From: an uncultured delta proteobacterium
GTDB taxonomy: Bacteria; Desulfobacterota; Binatia; UBA9968
Length of the DNA: 64,000 nucleotides
Direction: 5' to 3'
Assembly (NCBI GenBank): GCA_963804165.1
Contig: CAWDPO010000003.1
Location: forward strand, 256,359-320,358
The notes under the pieces were generated by a model that saw only the letters and a list, made by a program, of their open reading frames with translations, was not told where the DNA came from and ran no database searches. A program made the translations under genes and the position numbers. Positions 9,741-20,500 of this stretch are shown here, piece by piece (position 1 is the first letter of the stretch; the number at the start of each line of letters is the position of its first letter).

Positions 9741-9991
9741 CAAAGAAGAAACCGTATCTGATCGTTACATCAATTCATTGTTCTGTTGGCGTATACGCGC
9801 GCGAATGAAAATAGCTGTTTGCGCCTAACGTGGGCGATTCGGGAGTCGGATCCCGGTCCAGTTCGCTGCGCGCGCTGCCATTTAAGGATTTCCTGGGTCT
9901 GAAAGCTGCCTGCGTGGATGCTGTTTCATTGACATGAAACCGGCGCGGTGATAACCGGCAAGGTTAATCCAGCATCGACGGGATTCACTTT

Positions 9992-10996
9992 ATGCTTCAA
10001 CGACTGAGTTTCCTCGCCACATCTTTTGTTGTCGTTTCGTTGTTTTTTGCCGGCCAGGTTTTCGCCGCGGCGCGGCTCGAACCGCTGACTGTGGCGTACT
10101 CGAACTTTACGGGCACGTACGGACCGCTTTGGCTCGCGGTCGAGGAACGCGTCGGAGCAAAGTACGGATTGGACTTGAAAGCGATCTACGCCGGGAGAGT
10201 GCGGCCACAGCAGTTGCTCGCCACTGGCGATGTGCCGGTCGTTGTTGCTTCGGCGACCGGTACAATGACTGCCCATATTGCCGGGGTCAAGGATCATGTG
10301 TTGGTCGCCACCCTCACCAGTAAGATCGGTACATCGCTCTTCGGCAAGGCGGGCATCAAGAGCGTGGAAGACTTAAAGGGCAGGACGATCGCGACCGGCA
10401 GGCCGGGCGCATTCTTGGACGCGACGGTGAGATACGTGCTGCGCACCAAATTCGCCATGAATCCTGATCGCGACGTGAAGTTGTTACCCACCGGCGAACC
10501 CTATCTCGGTTTGCAGGCGTTGGAACGGGGCGTCGTCGACGCGGCGGCGATGTCGGTTCCCCATCTCTTCATTGCGCGCAAAGCCGGCTTTCGAGAATTG
10601 GCCAATTTCGATAAGCTCGGGATCGAATATCCCTACACAAGCGTGGTCGTTTTGCGGCAGACGGTGGCCAAAAATCCGGAGATGGTGGAACGATTCTTGA
10701 AATGCCTCATCGAAGGAACTCATCTATTCACGACCAACAAGGCGAAGACCCTGGCAGTGTTCAAACAATATATGAAGGGCGCCGACGACGAGATCCTCGA
10801 GGAGACGTACCAGGCGACTCGCGGGACGTTGGACGAAGCACCGCATCCGTCAGTTCAAGTCGTGAAAAGTGCCTTGGACATGCTGTCCTTGCAATATCCA
10901 CAGGCCAAGCAAACCGATGCAAATTTGATTGTCGAGCCATCATTTATGAAAAAAATTGACGACAGCGGATTTATACGGGCGCTCTATAAGAGATGA
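9992..10996 (+). CDS. ABC substrate-binding protein, NMT1/THI5-like (paralog B)
   Basis: Signal peptide; KYGLDLKAIYAGRVRPQQLL. Confidence 0.88.
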   Translation: MLQRLSFLATSFVVVSLFFAGQVFAAARLEPLTVAYSNFTGTYGPLWLAVEERVGAKYGLDLKAIYAGRVRPQQLLATGDVPVVVASATGTMTAHIAGVKDHVLVATLTSKIGTSLFGKAGIKSVEDLKGRTIATGRPGAFLDATVRYVLRTKFAMNPDRDVKLLPTGEPYLGLQALERGVVDAAAMSVPHLFIARKAGFRELANFDKLGIEYPYTSVVVLRQTVAKNPEMVERFLKCLIEGTHLFTTNKAKTLAVFKQYMKGADDEILEETYQATRGTLDEAPHPSVQVVKSALDMLSLQYPQAKQTDANLIVEPSFMKKIDDSGFIRALYKR

Positions 10997-11150
10997 CAAA
11001 GACGATTCGAACGCGTTCAAGCCGTTCACATCGTTTAAGCTGCGGCAGGTCGAGACAAATACGAAGTTGACTCTTGAGTAAAAATTGCAGACGAAATACA
11101 AAACATAGCGGAATCAAATTCGAAATTACTTCGGAAAGTGAGAAGAACCC

Positions 11151-12191
11151 ATGCTTGACGGAAAATTGAGAATCGCGCCGACCTGTTATCACATGCTGCA
11201 TCAAGTACCGGTGATGACCGCGCACGAGATGAATTTCTTTTATGACGAGGGGCTGGTCACGCCCCACGGAACGCTGGGCTATGAGATATTGACCGATTCG
11301 ATGGTGCCTTTTGGCCTCGAAAAGCTGGGCATCTCACAGGCGATGAAAGAGAAGTCCATCGATATCGCGCTGGATGTCCAGTCGCGCACGGTTTTTTATC
11401 AGCGCGCCCGGGGCGCCGATCTCTACATTCTGTGCGGCTGGCGCAATCAGCACACCAATGTGTGGATGGCGCCGCCGCATATCAAGACGCTGCAAGACTT
11501 GAAAGGCAAGCGCGTCGGTATCAGTGACTTCAACAGCATTCGCCATTGGGCGATCCAGATACAACTCAAGAAGGCCGGTTTGGATCTGGAGCGCGACATC
11601 GAGTGGGTGAGGCTCGGCGTCAACGGCAGATTCCACGTGGACGCGATCCGCAGCGGCAAGGTTGAATGCGCTCCGGTGTCGCCTTGGAACGCCGAAGATC
11701 TCAAAAAGGAAGGTTGCAATGCGCTGGTTTCTCCCGCCGATCAGTATCCGGATGGACGGCCCGAGCGCATCATTGCCGCCACCGGACGTATCCTCGAAGA
11801 GCGGCCCGACCTGGTGAAGAGTTTTCTTCGGGGCATGATCCGCAGTTATTGGTTTATTCGCGACATGCCGAAGAACTTCGAATATGTGAACAATCTGGAA
11901 AAGCGCCTGCGGCTCAAGAGTCCGGACCCGGAAGAGCGCGTGGTGACGCACCTGAGAAGCCCACGCGATCTCGAAGCCATGCCATTTCCGTTGAACGGCC
12001 GGGCGACCGGTTTCGAAGACATGCTTAAGGAAGAAGAGCGGCTCGGCGAGCTCAATTACGAAGTGCCGCCGATCAAAGAGGTCGCCGCGCAGGATCTCGT
12101 CGACGAGGCGTTTAAAGAATTACGCGGAAGAAAAGAGCTGGCGGAAGAGTACGAGCGCGTGAGTCAAGTCGAGAAGCGGTGGGGATATTAG
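11151..12191 (+). CDS. NMT1/THI5-fold protein without a signal peptide
   Basis: DLKGKRVGIS and RPDLVKSFLRGM motifs; no hydrophobic N-terminus. Confidence 0.8.
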   Translation: MLDGKLRIAPTCYHMLHQVPVMTAHEMNFFYDEGLVTPHGTLGYEILTDSMVPFGLEKLGISQAMKEKSIDIALDVQSRTVFYQRARGADLYILCGWRNQHTNVWMAPPHIKTLQDLKGKRVGISDFNSIRHWAIQIQLKKAGLDLERDIEWVRLGVNGRFHVDAIRSGKVECAPVSPWNAEDLKKEGCNALVSPADQYPDGRPERIIAATGRILEERPDLVKSFLRGMIRSYWFIRDMPKNFEYVNNLEKRLRLKSPDPEERVVTHLRSPRDLEAMPFPLNGRATGFEDMLKEEERLGELNYEVPPIKEVAAQDLVDEAFKELRGRKELAEEYERVSQVEKRWGY

Positions 12192-12294
12192 CGCTGCGCC
12201 CTGTTCAAAAAGTTCAAGACGTTCAAATCGTTCCAATCGTTGAGAAGAAGCGACCTGGGCATCGATACGGAATCGTCTCGTGTAAGCCAAGTTT

Positions 12295-13363
12295 ATGAAG
12301 GAGTTCGATCAAGTGAAACCAACAAAGTTCAAGTATGGGTTGAGGTTATTTTGTTATGTTTTCGTGCTCATCCTCGCGCCGACGCATCCGCTTCGCGCGC
12401 AAACGGCAAAGAGTTTTTTTGAAGGGAAGACGATCACATTCCTGGTCGGCTCTTCCGCCGGCGGCGGCACGGATGTTACCGCGCGCGTGATCGCGCGCCA
12501 CCTGGAGCGTTACATTCCCGGCAAACCGCGAATTGATGTCGTTAATAAACCAGGTGCGGGCGGCCTGATCGCCGCCAACGAGCTCTACAATTTAAAGAAG
12601 CCCGACGGGCTGTCCTTGAGTACCATGAATACTGGAGCCTTGTTTGCGACGGCGGCAGGTAACGAAGCGATCAAGTTCGATTTGCAAAAGTTTCTCTGGG
12701 TCGGCCAAGCTTTCGACGACGCGCAGGTGGTCTATCTCAAAACCTCTACGCCGTACACGAGCTTCGAAGCGATCAGGAAGGCCAACAAGGAGGGGAAGCA
12801 ACCTAAGATGGGCGCCCAAGCGCTCGACCATACGAGCAATGTTGTCGTGAAAATCGTCGAACAGATTTTCGGTTTAGATTTTCAAGTTATCCCCGGATAT
12901 CCGGGTACGCCGCAAATCCTGCTCGACATAGAGCGCGGCGCTCTCGATGGTCGCGCTCAAGGAATTGGTTCCTTGATGACGACCAGGCGTGAGTGGATAA
13001 AAAACGGCTATATCAAACTATTCGCCACCTCCAAAAAGAAGCGCGATCCTCGCATTCCTGACGTGGCCAGCATGGAGGAGATGGCGCCGGCCGGGAGCAA
13101 AGCATTGCTGAACGCGTTGTATGCGGGCCAAAATCTCGCGCGTTCCGTCGTGTTGCCGCCAAACGTGCCGGCGGACCGGTTAAAGAGCGCTGCGCGATGC
13201 TTTTGCTGCAATGATCAAGGACGAACTGTTTCTGAAGGAGTCTGAGAAGTTGGGTCTGGAAGTGGAGTTGATCCGTGGCGAGGAAATGAACCGCGACATC
13301 GAAAGCACTCTGCGCGACAAGCGTTTGATGGACCTTTACCGCATGATCGCAGCGGCCAAGTAA
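12295..13363 (+). CDS. Bug/TctC-type tripartite tricarboxylate transporter receptor; +1 frameshift near 13186
   Basis: GKTITFLVGSSAGGGTD, NKPGAGG; shifted frame continues ALRDAFAAMIKDELFLKE...AAAK* to TAA 13361-13363. Confidence 0.85.
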
Positions 13364-13469
13364 TAGTTGGCGGTTGTCAGTGGGTCAGTATCTCAGAGAG
13401 TCGCTTCCGGAAAATCAAACGAAAGAAGGCGGGGCGCTGACAACTGCCGGCTATAACTGACACCTGAGT

Positions 13470-14907
13470 ATGACTTCCCTCGCCATCCTCATCGATTTCG
13501 GCAGCACCTTCACCAAAGTCACCGCCGTCGATCTCGACAACGCCCGGCTGATGGGCAGGAGCCAAGCGCCGTCGACGGTGCTGACCGACGTGCGCGAAGG
13601 CTTGCTGCAGGCGCTCAACGAGTTGCACCAGTGTTTGCAGTTGTTCCCACGACCTCCGCAGGATTTATCGAGTCTCGAGGGAAAGACGGTGTTGGCGAGC
13701 AGCAGCGCCGCCGGTGGCCTGCGTATCGCCGTGGTCGGCAATGTGCCGGGTTTGACGGTTGAAGCTGCCAATCAATCCGCGCTCGGCGCGGGCGCGAAGA
13801 TCGTCGGCTCGACGGCGTTTAAACTCGTCGGAAGAAAGGCTTAGCGAGATCGAGAGCCTGCGCCCCGACATGATTCTGCTGACCGGCGGCGTCGACGGCG
13901 GCGACATAGAGACCATCCTGCATAACGCCCGCATGCTGGGGCAGTCGGCGCTTTCGGTGCCGATCGTCGTCGCCGGCAATCAAGCGGCGGCGCAAGAGGT
14001 TTCACAAATATTGCAAGAACGCGGCAAAGAGGTCCGGCGCGTCGACAACGTGATGCCGAAAATGGGAACTCTCGAGGTGGAATCGGCGCGCGAAGAGATA
14101 CGCCAATTGTTCATGGAGCGCATTACTCACGCCAAAGGTCTCGATCAGGTCAAAGAGTTCGTCGACGTGGTTTTGCCGACTCCAATGGCCGTCCTCGAAG
14201 GGCTTCGGCTGGGCGCGGACGGGACGGCCGAGGAAAGCGGTTGGGGCGACATGCTCGTCGTCGACGTCGGCGGCGCGACGACGGATGTTCACTCGATCGG
14301 TTTCGGTCATCCCGCCGGAGAAAACGTGATTTCCCAGGGCTTGGCCGAATCTTACGCCAAGCGGACCGTCGAAGGCGATCTGGGGATCCGCTTCAATGCG
14401 GCGACTATTCTCAATCGCGTCGGCCTAGACACACTTGCCGAAGATTTGTGCCGTGATTTTTCGGAATACTCAGTATCGGCAGATGCGCTGCGGGATTATA
14501 TCGAGCAGATCAGTCAGAAAACCGGCACGGTGCCGCAAGCGCAGTGGCACTTTGCCGCAGACGCGGTGCTGGCGCGCACCGCGGTCGATCTCGCCGTGGG
14601 GCGCCACGTCGGCCGGCGTGAAAGAGTTGTTGCGCGGGAAGGGGAAGCGTGGGTCCATTACGGCAAGGACATGCGCGACACGCACACACTGATCGGCACG
14701 GGCGGCGTGTTCATTCACAACCCCTTTGCCGCCTATATCCTCACACACGCCGCGGCGACGGACGATCGTGTGCAGGCGTTGCGGCCGAGAAACCCGGGGA
14801 TATTTCTCGATTCTTCGTATCTGCTCTACGCCGTCGGACTTCTATCGGAACGTCACCCAGACGTTGCCCTGCGAATCTTCAAGCGGTATGTAACGCCGGT
14901 AGCGTAG
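13470..14907 (+). CDS. glmL: Glutamate/methylaspartate mutase accessory (reactivating) protein GlmL/MutL; +1 frameshift near 13827
   Basis: IDFGSTFTK, SSSAAGGL, LLTGGVDGG, VDVGGATTDVHS, KRTVEGDLG motifs across two frames. Confidence 0.85.
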
Positions 14908-14949
14908 CGCGGCTCGCGCGCGGTGGCGCGGCGTTCACTTCAGGAGACC

Positions 14950-15957
14950 GTGATGACGAGCAAGAAACTCCTGATCCTGACCGGATCGCTCGGGTGGTGG
15001 CTTGCCGGCGCGGCATGGTCGTTGGCGGCGGTTCAACTTGAGAGTTTGACCGTCGGCTACGCATCGTTCTCGGGCCACTACACGCCGATGTGGATCGCGG
15101 TGGAGGAGGGTCTCGGGAAAAAATACGGCCTCGATCTCAAAGCCGTCTACGCCGGCCGGATGCGTCCGCAACAGCTCCTTGTCAGCGGCGACGTTCCCGT
15201 TGTGATTGCCACCGGTAGCGGCGCGCTGACGTCGCATATTCTCGGCGCCAAGGATCAGGTGATCGTCGCCAACTTTATCGACAAAGTCGGCGGTGCGATT
15301 TATTCCAAGGGCGATATCAAAAGCCCGGAGGATCTACGCGGCAAGGTCATCGGAGTAGGTCGCGCGGGTTCGATCTCCGATTCGGTGCTCAGATATGTGC
15401 TGCGCGCGAAGCTGGGTCTGGTTCCAGACCGTGACGTAAAGCTCTTGGTCGTGGGCGAACCCGCGCTCGGCTTGCAATCCTTGGAACGTGGCATCGTCGA
15501 CGCCGCGCCGCTCAACATGCCGCTCAATTTGGCCGCCAAGAAATTGGGCTTCCGCGAGTTGGTGAGCTACGAGAAGTTGGGCATCACCTATCCTTCGAAC
15601 ACGGTGACGACGCTCAGACAGACCGCCGGCAAGAATCCTGATCTTATCGAGCGTTTTTTGAAAACCTTGATCGAGGGCCTGTATATTTTTAAGACGCAAA
15701 AGGACCGAAGCATCGCTGTCATGAAAAAGAATCTGCGCGGCGGCAGCGACGAGATTCTCCAGGAGACCTATCAACTCACCGTCAGCGAGATGGAGCAGAT
15801 TCCGACTCCGTCGTTACAGGTCATCAGAAGCGGATTGGACATTCTGTCGTTGCAATATCCTCAGGCGAAGCAAACCGATCCCATGGCGATCTTTGATCCG
15901 TCGTTTGTCCGACGCATCGAAGAAAGCGGTTTTATCGCGAGGCTTGGCAAAAAGTAG
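14950..15957 (+). CDS. ABC substrate-binding protein, NMT1/THI5-like (paralog C)
   Basis: AGGAG RBS; signal peptide; KYGLDLKAVYAGRMRPQQLL. Confidence 0.88.
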   Translation: MMTSKKLLILTGSLGWWLAGAAWSLAAVQLESLTVGYASFSGHYTPMWIAVEEGLGKKYGLDLKAVYAGRMRPQQLLVSGDVPVVIATGSGALTSHILGAKDQVIVANFIDKVGGAIYSKGDIKSPEDLRGKVIGVGRAGSISDSVLRYVLRAKLGLVPDRDVKLLVVGEPALGLQSLERGIVDAAPLNMPLNLAAKKLGFRELVSYEKLGITYPSNTVTTLRQTAGKNPDLIERFLKTLIEGLYIFKTQKDRSIAVMKKNLRGGSDEILQETYQLTVSEMEQIPTPSLQVIRSGLDILSLQYPQAKQTDPMAIFDPSFVRRIEESGFIARLGKK

Positions 15958-15976
15958 AAGCGCGGGGACGCCGTGC

Positions 15977-16852
15977 TTAGCTGAATCGTGCCGCGATTTC
16001 TCCCAAGCGCTCCATCTGATCTAAATCCTCCGCGCACGGACGCAGTATAAATTCATCGACGCCCATATCGGCTTGACGCTTGATCGATTCCTCCACGGCC
16101 TCTCGCGACGCCGGTAACGTGCCCAATCGCTTCGCGGCGAGCTGCGGATTGTAGCCATAGTTGTGATTAATGTAGCGCGTGGCATGGTCGAGTGCGTTCG
16201 GTCCCAAGGCGAAGTAGCTGGCGCCGACCCAGCGTGGCTGGCCTATACGCCGGTTTTCTTGCCATGCCTGGAGGATCTGTTGCCACATCTTGAGCATGCT
16301 CTCTGGCTCACCGCCGCCTGGCGCCATGTAGCCGTCGCCCCATTTGGCGATGCGCTGCACGATCGCCGGCACGTAACCGCCGATCAACAATTCCGGTCCG
16401 CCGGGACGGGGCGATTGCGGGCTGATCAGCCCCACTTCATTCGACAGCGGTTCACCAGCCCAGAGCCGGCGCAGGGTCGGCAGCTGCTCTTCGACGCGCC
16501 GGCCGCGCCGGTGAAAGTCGAGGCCGGTGGCGAGATAATCGTTTTCGCGCACGCCGATGCCGATGCCAAGCGTCAGTCGCCCGTTTGAGATGACGTCGAT
16601 CGTCGCGGCTTGTCTGGCCAGCAACGTGGTCTCGCGGGTCGGACCGATCACGACGCTGGTCATCAGCCGAATGCGCCGCGTCGCTCCGGCGGCCATCGCC
16701 AAGACCGCCAGCGGTTCGAGCGCCTGGGATACTACGCGATCGGTGACGACCACGCTGGAGAAAGGCCCGCGGTCCGCGCGCGTAGCCCAATCGAGCATCA
16801 TGTCGCCGGAAGCGTCGGCGACCCGGCTGGGTAATCCTAATGCGATGCGCAT
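15977..16852 (-). CDS. LLM-class flavin-dependent oxidoreductase
   Basis: ATRRIRLMTSV, LARQAATIDVISNGRLTLGIGIG; GGAGG RBS. Confidence 0.9.
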   Translation of the reverse strand: MRIALGLPSRVADASGDMMLDWATRADRGPFSSVVVTDRVVSQALEPLAVLAMAAGATRRIRLMTSVVIGPTRETTLLARQAATIDVISNGRLTLGIGIGVRENDYLATGLDFHRRGRRVEEQLPTLRRLWAGEPLSNEVGLISPQSPRPGGPELLIGGYVPAIVQRIAKWGDGYMAPGGGEPESMLKMWQQILQAWQENRRIGQPRWVGASYFALGPNALDHATRYINHNYGYNPQLAAKRLGTLPASREAVEESIKRQADMGVDEFILRPCAEDLDQMERLGEIAARFS

Positions 16853-17206
16853 GATTCCCTCCAATAAGAGATCAACCTTCGATAGCCTTTAGTATTCGAC
16901 AACGTATCGAATGGTGACGCCTGGTGTCAAACGACGCCAATCGACAACCCTTAGGACATGGTTATCCGGCAGAATTTTCGTCCCCAAGTTATGTTGAATT
17001 CGGCTCGTTCAGTTTGTCGTCATGTCGTTGTTTGAAGACTGCGACGAACTGTCCAATTGGAGGAGTTCGATCCTACGGAACCCTTCGACGCGAGCTCAGG
17101 GCGCACGGACAAGTTGAAACGCGTCGTGCTGAGGTTCGAAACCGTGGACAGTGAATGCACGGCGGTTAAAACTCGGCAACGAGTTCATTCGTTCAGGAGG
17201 CCGAGG

Positions 17207-19030
17207 TTGATAACTTGGTTGTTGCAGCAGTGGCAGAAAGTTCGCAACGCTCTGGTTCATACACCGCAGGCCTTGCGACTCGTTTGGCAGGCGAATCCTG
17301 TGGCGACCGTGGGGCTGGGCTTTCTGACGGTAGGCGGAGCACTATTGCCGGCGACTCAAGCGTGGGTCGGCAAGCTGATCGTCGATGGCGTCGTCGCTTC
17401 GATGCAGCGGGGTAATGACCCCGATCAGGTGCGGACGGTATTCTATTACCTGATCCTCGAACTCATCCTGTTTTTGCTCAGCACCGGCATCAATCACGCG
17501 CGCCGGCTGATCCAGCAGCTCATTCAGCTCCAGCTTGCCAATCAGATCCGCAGCGAGATCATTCGCAAAGCGCTCACTTTGGACTTGGCTTTTTTCGAGC
17601 ACCCTGATTATTACGACCGCTTGCAGAACGCGCGCCGCGAGGGCGGCTACAAACCAATGGAGCTGATCAACGACACGTTTCAAATCGCCCAGAACATGAT
17701 CACCTTAATTTCTTTCGCCGCGCTGATGCTGCGCTTTAGCCCTTGGCTGGTGTTGATACTCTTGGTGACGAGCATCCCCTCGTTCATCGCCGAAACGCGT
17801 TTTTCGGAGCAAGGTTTCCGCCTGCTCACCCGGCGCGCGCCGGAAACGCGGCAGATCAATTATCTTTCCCGGCTGTTGACCGAAGATACCGCGGCCAAGG
17901 AGATCAAGCTATTCAATCTGGGCAGCACCTTGCTGGCGCGATACAAAAGTCTGTTCGACAAGTTTTTCCAGGAGGACAAATCGCTTGCGGTCCGGCGCGC
18001 GCTGGTGGGCTTCAGTTTGGGACTGGTCGCGACCCTGGGATTTTACGGTTCCTACGCGTGGATCGTCTGGCGCACCGTTCAGGGGATGATTTCACTCGGC
18101 GACATGACCCTCTATCTGACCATCTTTCGCCAGGGGCAATCGACGTTTCAGTCCATTCTCGCCGGCGTCGGCAACATCTACGAAAATAATCTCTTCATGG
18201 CCCACTATTTTGAATTTCTCGAGCTAAAACCGCAGATGCAAATCGCGGCACCGCGCAAAAAACTGACGGCGTCGCTCACCCGCGGCATCGAATTTCGCGG
18301 CGTCGGCTTTCGCTATCCGGAGAGCGATGAATGGGTTTTACGCGGTATCGATTTGAAGATCCTTCCCGGCGAGAAGATCGCGCTCGTGGGACATAATGGC
18401 GCGGGCAAGACGACTTTGATCAAGCTCTTGAGCCGGCTCTACGATCCCACCGAGGGGACGATCTTGATCGATGGCGGCGATATTCGCGAGCTCGATCCAC
18501 TCGAACTCAGACAAAAGATCGGCGTGATATTTCAAGATTTCGTGCGCTATCACTTGCCGGTCAGCGAAAATATCGGTTTCGGTCAGATCGAAGCGGTCGA
18601 CCGCATGGATAAGATCGTCGACTCGGCGCGCAAGAGCGGCGCCGATACGATTATCGAAAATCTACCGCAAGGGTATCAAACCATGCTCGGCCGCTGGTTT
18701 CACGGCGGCCATGAGCTGTCCCTCGGCCAATGGCAGCGGGTAGCGCTGGCGCGAGCTTTCATGCGCGATGCGGAAATTCTCGTCTTGGACGAGCCGACCG
18801 CTTCACTGGACGCTCAGACCGAGTACGACATCTTCCAACATTTCAAGGAGCTCACCGATGGGAAAATGGCGATTTTGATATCGCATCGATTTTCCACCGT
18901 GCGCATGGCCGATCGCATCGTGGTGATCGAGGGAGGGCGGGTCGCCGAAATCGGCAGCCACGAGGAGCTGCTGCGCCGGGAAGGTATCTATGCCCGGCTA
19001 TTCAGCATGCAGGCCGAAGGCTACCGTTAA
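17207..19030 (+). CDS. ABC exporter, fused permease-ATPase
   Basis: AGGAGG 6 nt before TTG17207; TMD, GHNGAGKTT, LSLGQWQR, LDEPT; the longer track start runs through a REP element. Confidence 0.9.
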   Translation: MITWLLQQWQKVRNALVHTPQALRLVWQANPVATVGLGFLTVGGALLPATQAWVGKLIVDGVVASMQRGNDPDQVRTVFYYLILELILFLLSTGINHARRLIQQLIQLQLANQIRSEIIRKALTLDLAFFEHPDYYDRLQNARREGGYKPMELINDTFQIAQNMITLISFAALMLRFSPWLVLILLVTSIPSFIAETRFSEQGFRLLTRRAPETRQINYLSRLLTEDTAAKEIKLFNLGSTLLARYKSLFDKFFQEDKSLAVRRALVGFSLGLVATLGFYGSYAWIVWRTVQGMISLGDMTLYLTIFRQGQSTFQSILAGVGNIYENNLFMAHYFEFLELKPQMQIAAPRKKLTASLTRGIEFRGVGFRYPESDEWVLRGIDLKILPGEKIALVGHNGAGKTTLIKLLSRLYDPTEGTILIDGGDIRELDPLELRQKIGVIFQDFVRYHLPVSENIGFGQIEAVDRMDKIVDSARKSGADTIIENLPQGYQTMLGRWFHGGHELSLGQWQRVALARAFMRDAEILVLDEPTASLDAQTEYDIFQHFKELTDGKMAILISHRFSTVRMADRIVVIEGGRVAEIGSHEELLRREGIYARLFSMQAEGYR

Positions 19031-19189
19031 ACGAATTTCGGGGAGTAGAATTGCTGCAGCCGGAACTTGCGAGCTGGAAGAATCTCTGCAAGAAGTATCG
19101 TTCCGAAGGGCGGAGTTCAAGTCGTTCAAGCCGATGAAGTCAGCACAAGCTTGGCAAGCGATCACCGATCTCAAAACGAGGGGCAGCGC

Positions 19190-20173
19190 ATGAGTCGTTA
19201 TCTGAACTATCTATCGTTGACTTTCTGGCTTCTGATGGGTTCGAGCTCAGCGCTTTGGAGCGCGGAGACATTTCGCGTCGGATTTCCCTCGTTGGCCACG
19301 GGCTTCGCGCCCTCGTGGGTGGCGGCGGATAAAGGGATCTGGAAAAAACACGGCCTCGACGTTGAATTGATTTTTCTGCGCGGCGGCTCGCGCACGGTTT
19401 CCGCCCTGATCGCCGGCAGTGTCGACTTTATCATCGGCTCGGACCTCGGCGTGACAACCGCGATCCTTCAGGGTGCGAGTCTCACGCGAGTCGGCGTGAC
19501 GACCAACACCCTGGGATATTCCCTGGTCACGCAACCGAGCATCAAGACAATCCGCGATCTCAAGGGAAAAATTGTCGGCATTACGCCGGGGCGCGACGCC
19601 GCCTATGCCCGGGTGGTAAAGCTGCTGCGTGACAACGGCATGGACAGTAGCAAGGACGTGACCTTCCTTTCGGTGGGCGATGGCGGGCCGGCGGCGCGGG
19701 TGGCGGCGCTTTCGACCGGGGTGATCCACGCGACGATGTTTACGCCGCCCTCGGATATGATCTCGGAGAAAGCGGGTATGCGCATCCTCGCGAAGATCGA
19801 CGTGGCCAACGTCGGCGGCGGGTTAAACACGTCCACTGCCGTTTTGCAAAAGAGCCGACCGCAGGTGGTGCGCTTTCTGCGCGGTTACATGGAAGGGATT
19901 CAGTATCTAAAATCGCACAAAGACGAGAGTTTAAAAATATTTTCCAAGTACGTGCGCAATCCCGACCTGGGAATCATGGCGTATCTTTACGAAGAGATCT
20001 CGACCCGCGTTGACCGCGGTTTACGGCCGCATTCAGATGCGGTTCGCGCTTTGCTGGAATTGGCTGCGTTGGATTTTCCCCAAGCGAAGCGTTTGACCGA
20101 AACGGATAACTGGGATCTTAGCCTGATCGACGAGATTCAGAAATCCGGCTTCCTCGATCAACTTTACAAATAA
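19190..20173 (+). CDS. ABC substrate-binding protein, NMT1/THI5-like
   Basis: Signal peptide; KHGLDVELI, DLKGKIVG. Confidence 0.88.
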   Translation: MSRYLNYLSLTFWLLMGSSSALWSAETFRVGFPSLATGFAPSWVAADKGIWKKHGLDVELIFLRGGSRTVSALIAGSVDFIIGSDLGVTTAILQGASLTRVGVTTNTLGYSLVTQPSIKTIRDLKGKIVGITPGRDAAYARVVKLLRDNGMDSSKDVTFLSVGDGGPAARVAALSTGVIHATMFTPPSDMISEKAGMRILAKIDVANVGGGLNTSTAVLQKSRPQVVRFLRGYMEGIQYLKSHKDESLKIFSKYVRNPDLGIMAYLYEEISTRVDRGLRPHSDAVRALLELAALDFPQAKRLTETDNWDLSLIDEIQKSGFLDQLYK

Positions 20174-20298
20174 GCGCAACCTACCGTTTGGATCAATCAG
20201 CGGGCAAGCAGAAGTATGACCGGGCTCAATAATTGAGCCAGCGCGATCGCCTTGCTCCACGTCGAGATCGCTCTGTGCCGATTTGGATCTTGGAAGCC

Positions 20299-20424
20299 CT
20301 ACTGCTCCATCGGCTCCTTTGACGAAGACCCGCCGCCACCCTGTTGAGCTACCTCGGGACATCCGGCCATCGTTAACAGCGAGAGCAGCAGGACAGCGCT
20401 AAAAATTTTCTTGACGATCGTCAT
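20299..20424 (-). CDS. Small predicted lipoprotein, 41 aa (not in ORF track)
   Basis: GGAGG RBS; MTIVKKIFSAVLLLSLLTMAG|CPEVAQQGGGGSSSKEPMEQ*: basic n-region, hydrophobic h-region, lipobox Cys22. Confidence 0.75.
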   Translation of the reverse strand: MTIVKKIFSAVLLLSLLTMAGCPEVAQQGGGGSSSKEPMEQ

Positions 20425-20484
20425 TCTTTGCCTCCTAGTATCGTTGTCGGACATGTTGATTCGCATGGCCGCTGCTGGCGGTAC

Positions 20485-20500
20485 CGCAATTGCGATGCCA
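20485..20500 (-). promoter_or_regulatory. sigma54 -24/-12 promoter for the small lipoprotein
   Basis: Minus strand TGGCATCGCAATTGCG = TGGCA..TTGC with GG-N10-GC spacing. Confidence 0.75.

Noticed and set aside
13180-13830. Programmed frameshifting in the Bug receptor and glmL genes
   Set aside because: No slippery heptamer; the same indel pattern occurs across unrelated genes
17057-17206. N-terminal extension of the ABC exporter
   Set aside because: Translates a REP element; a strong RBS supports TTG17207
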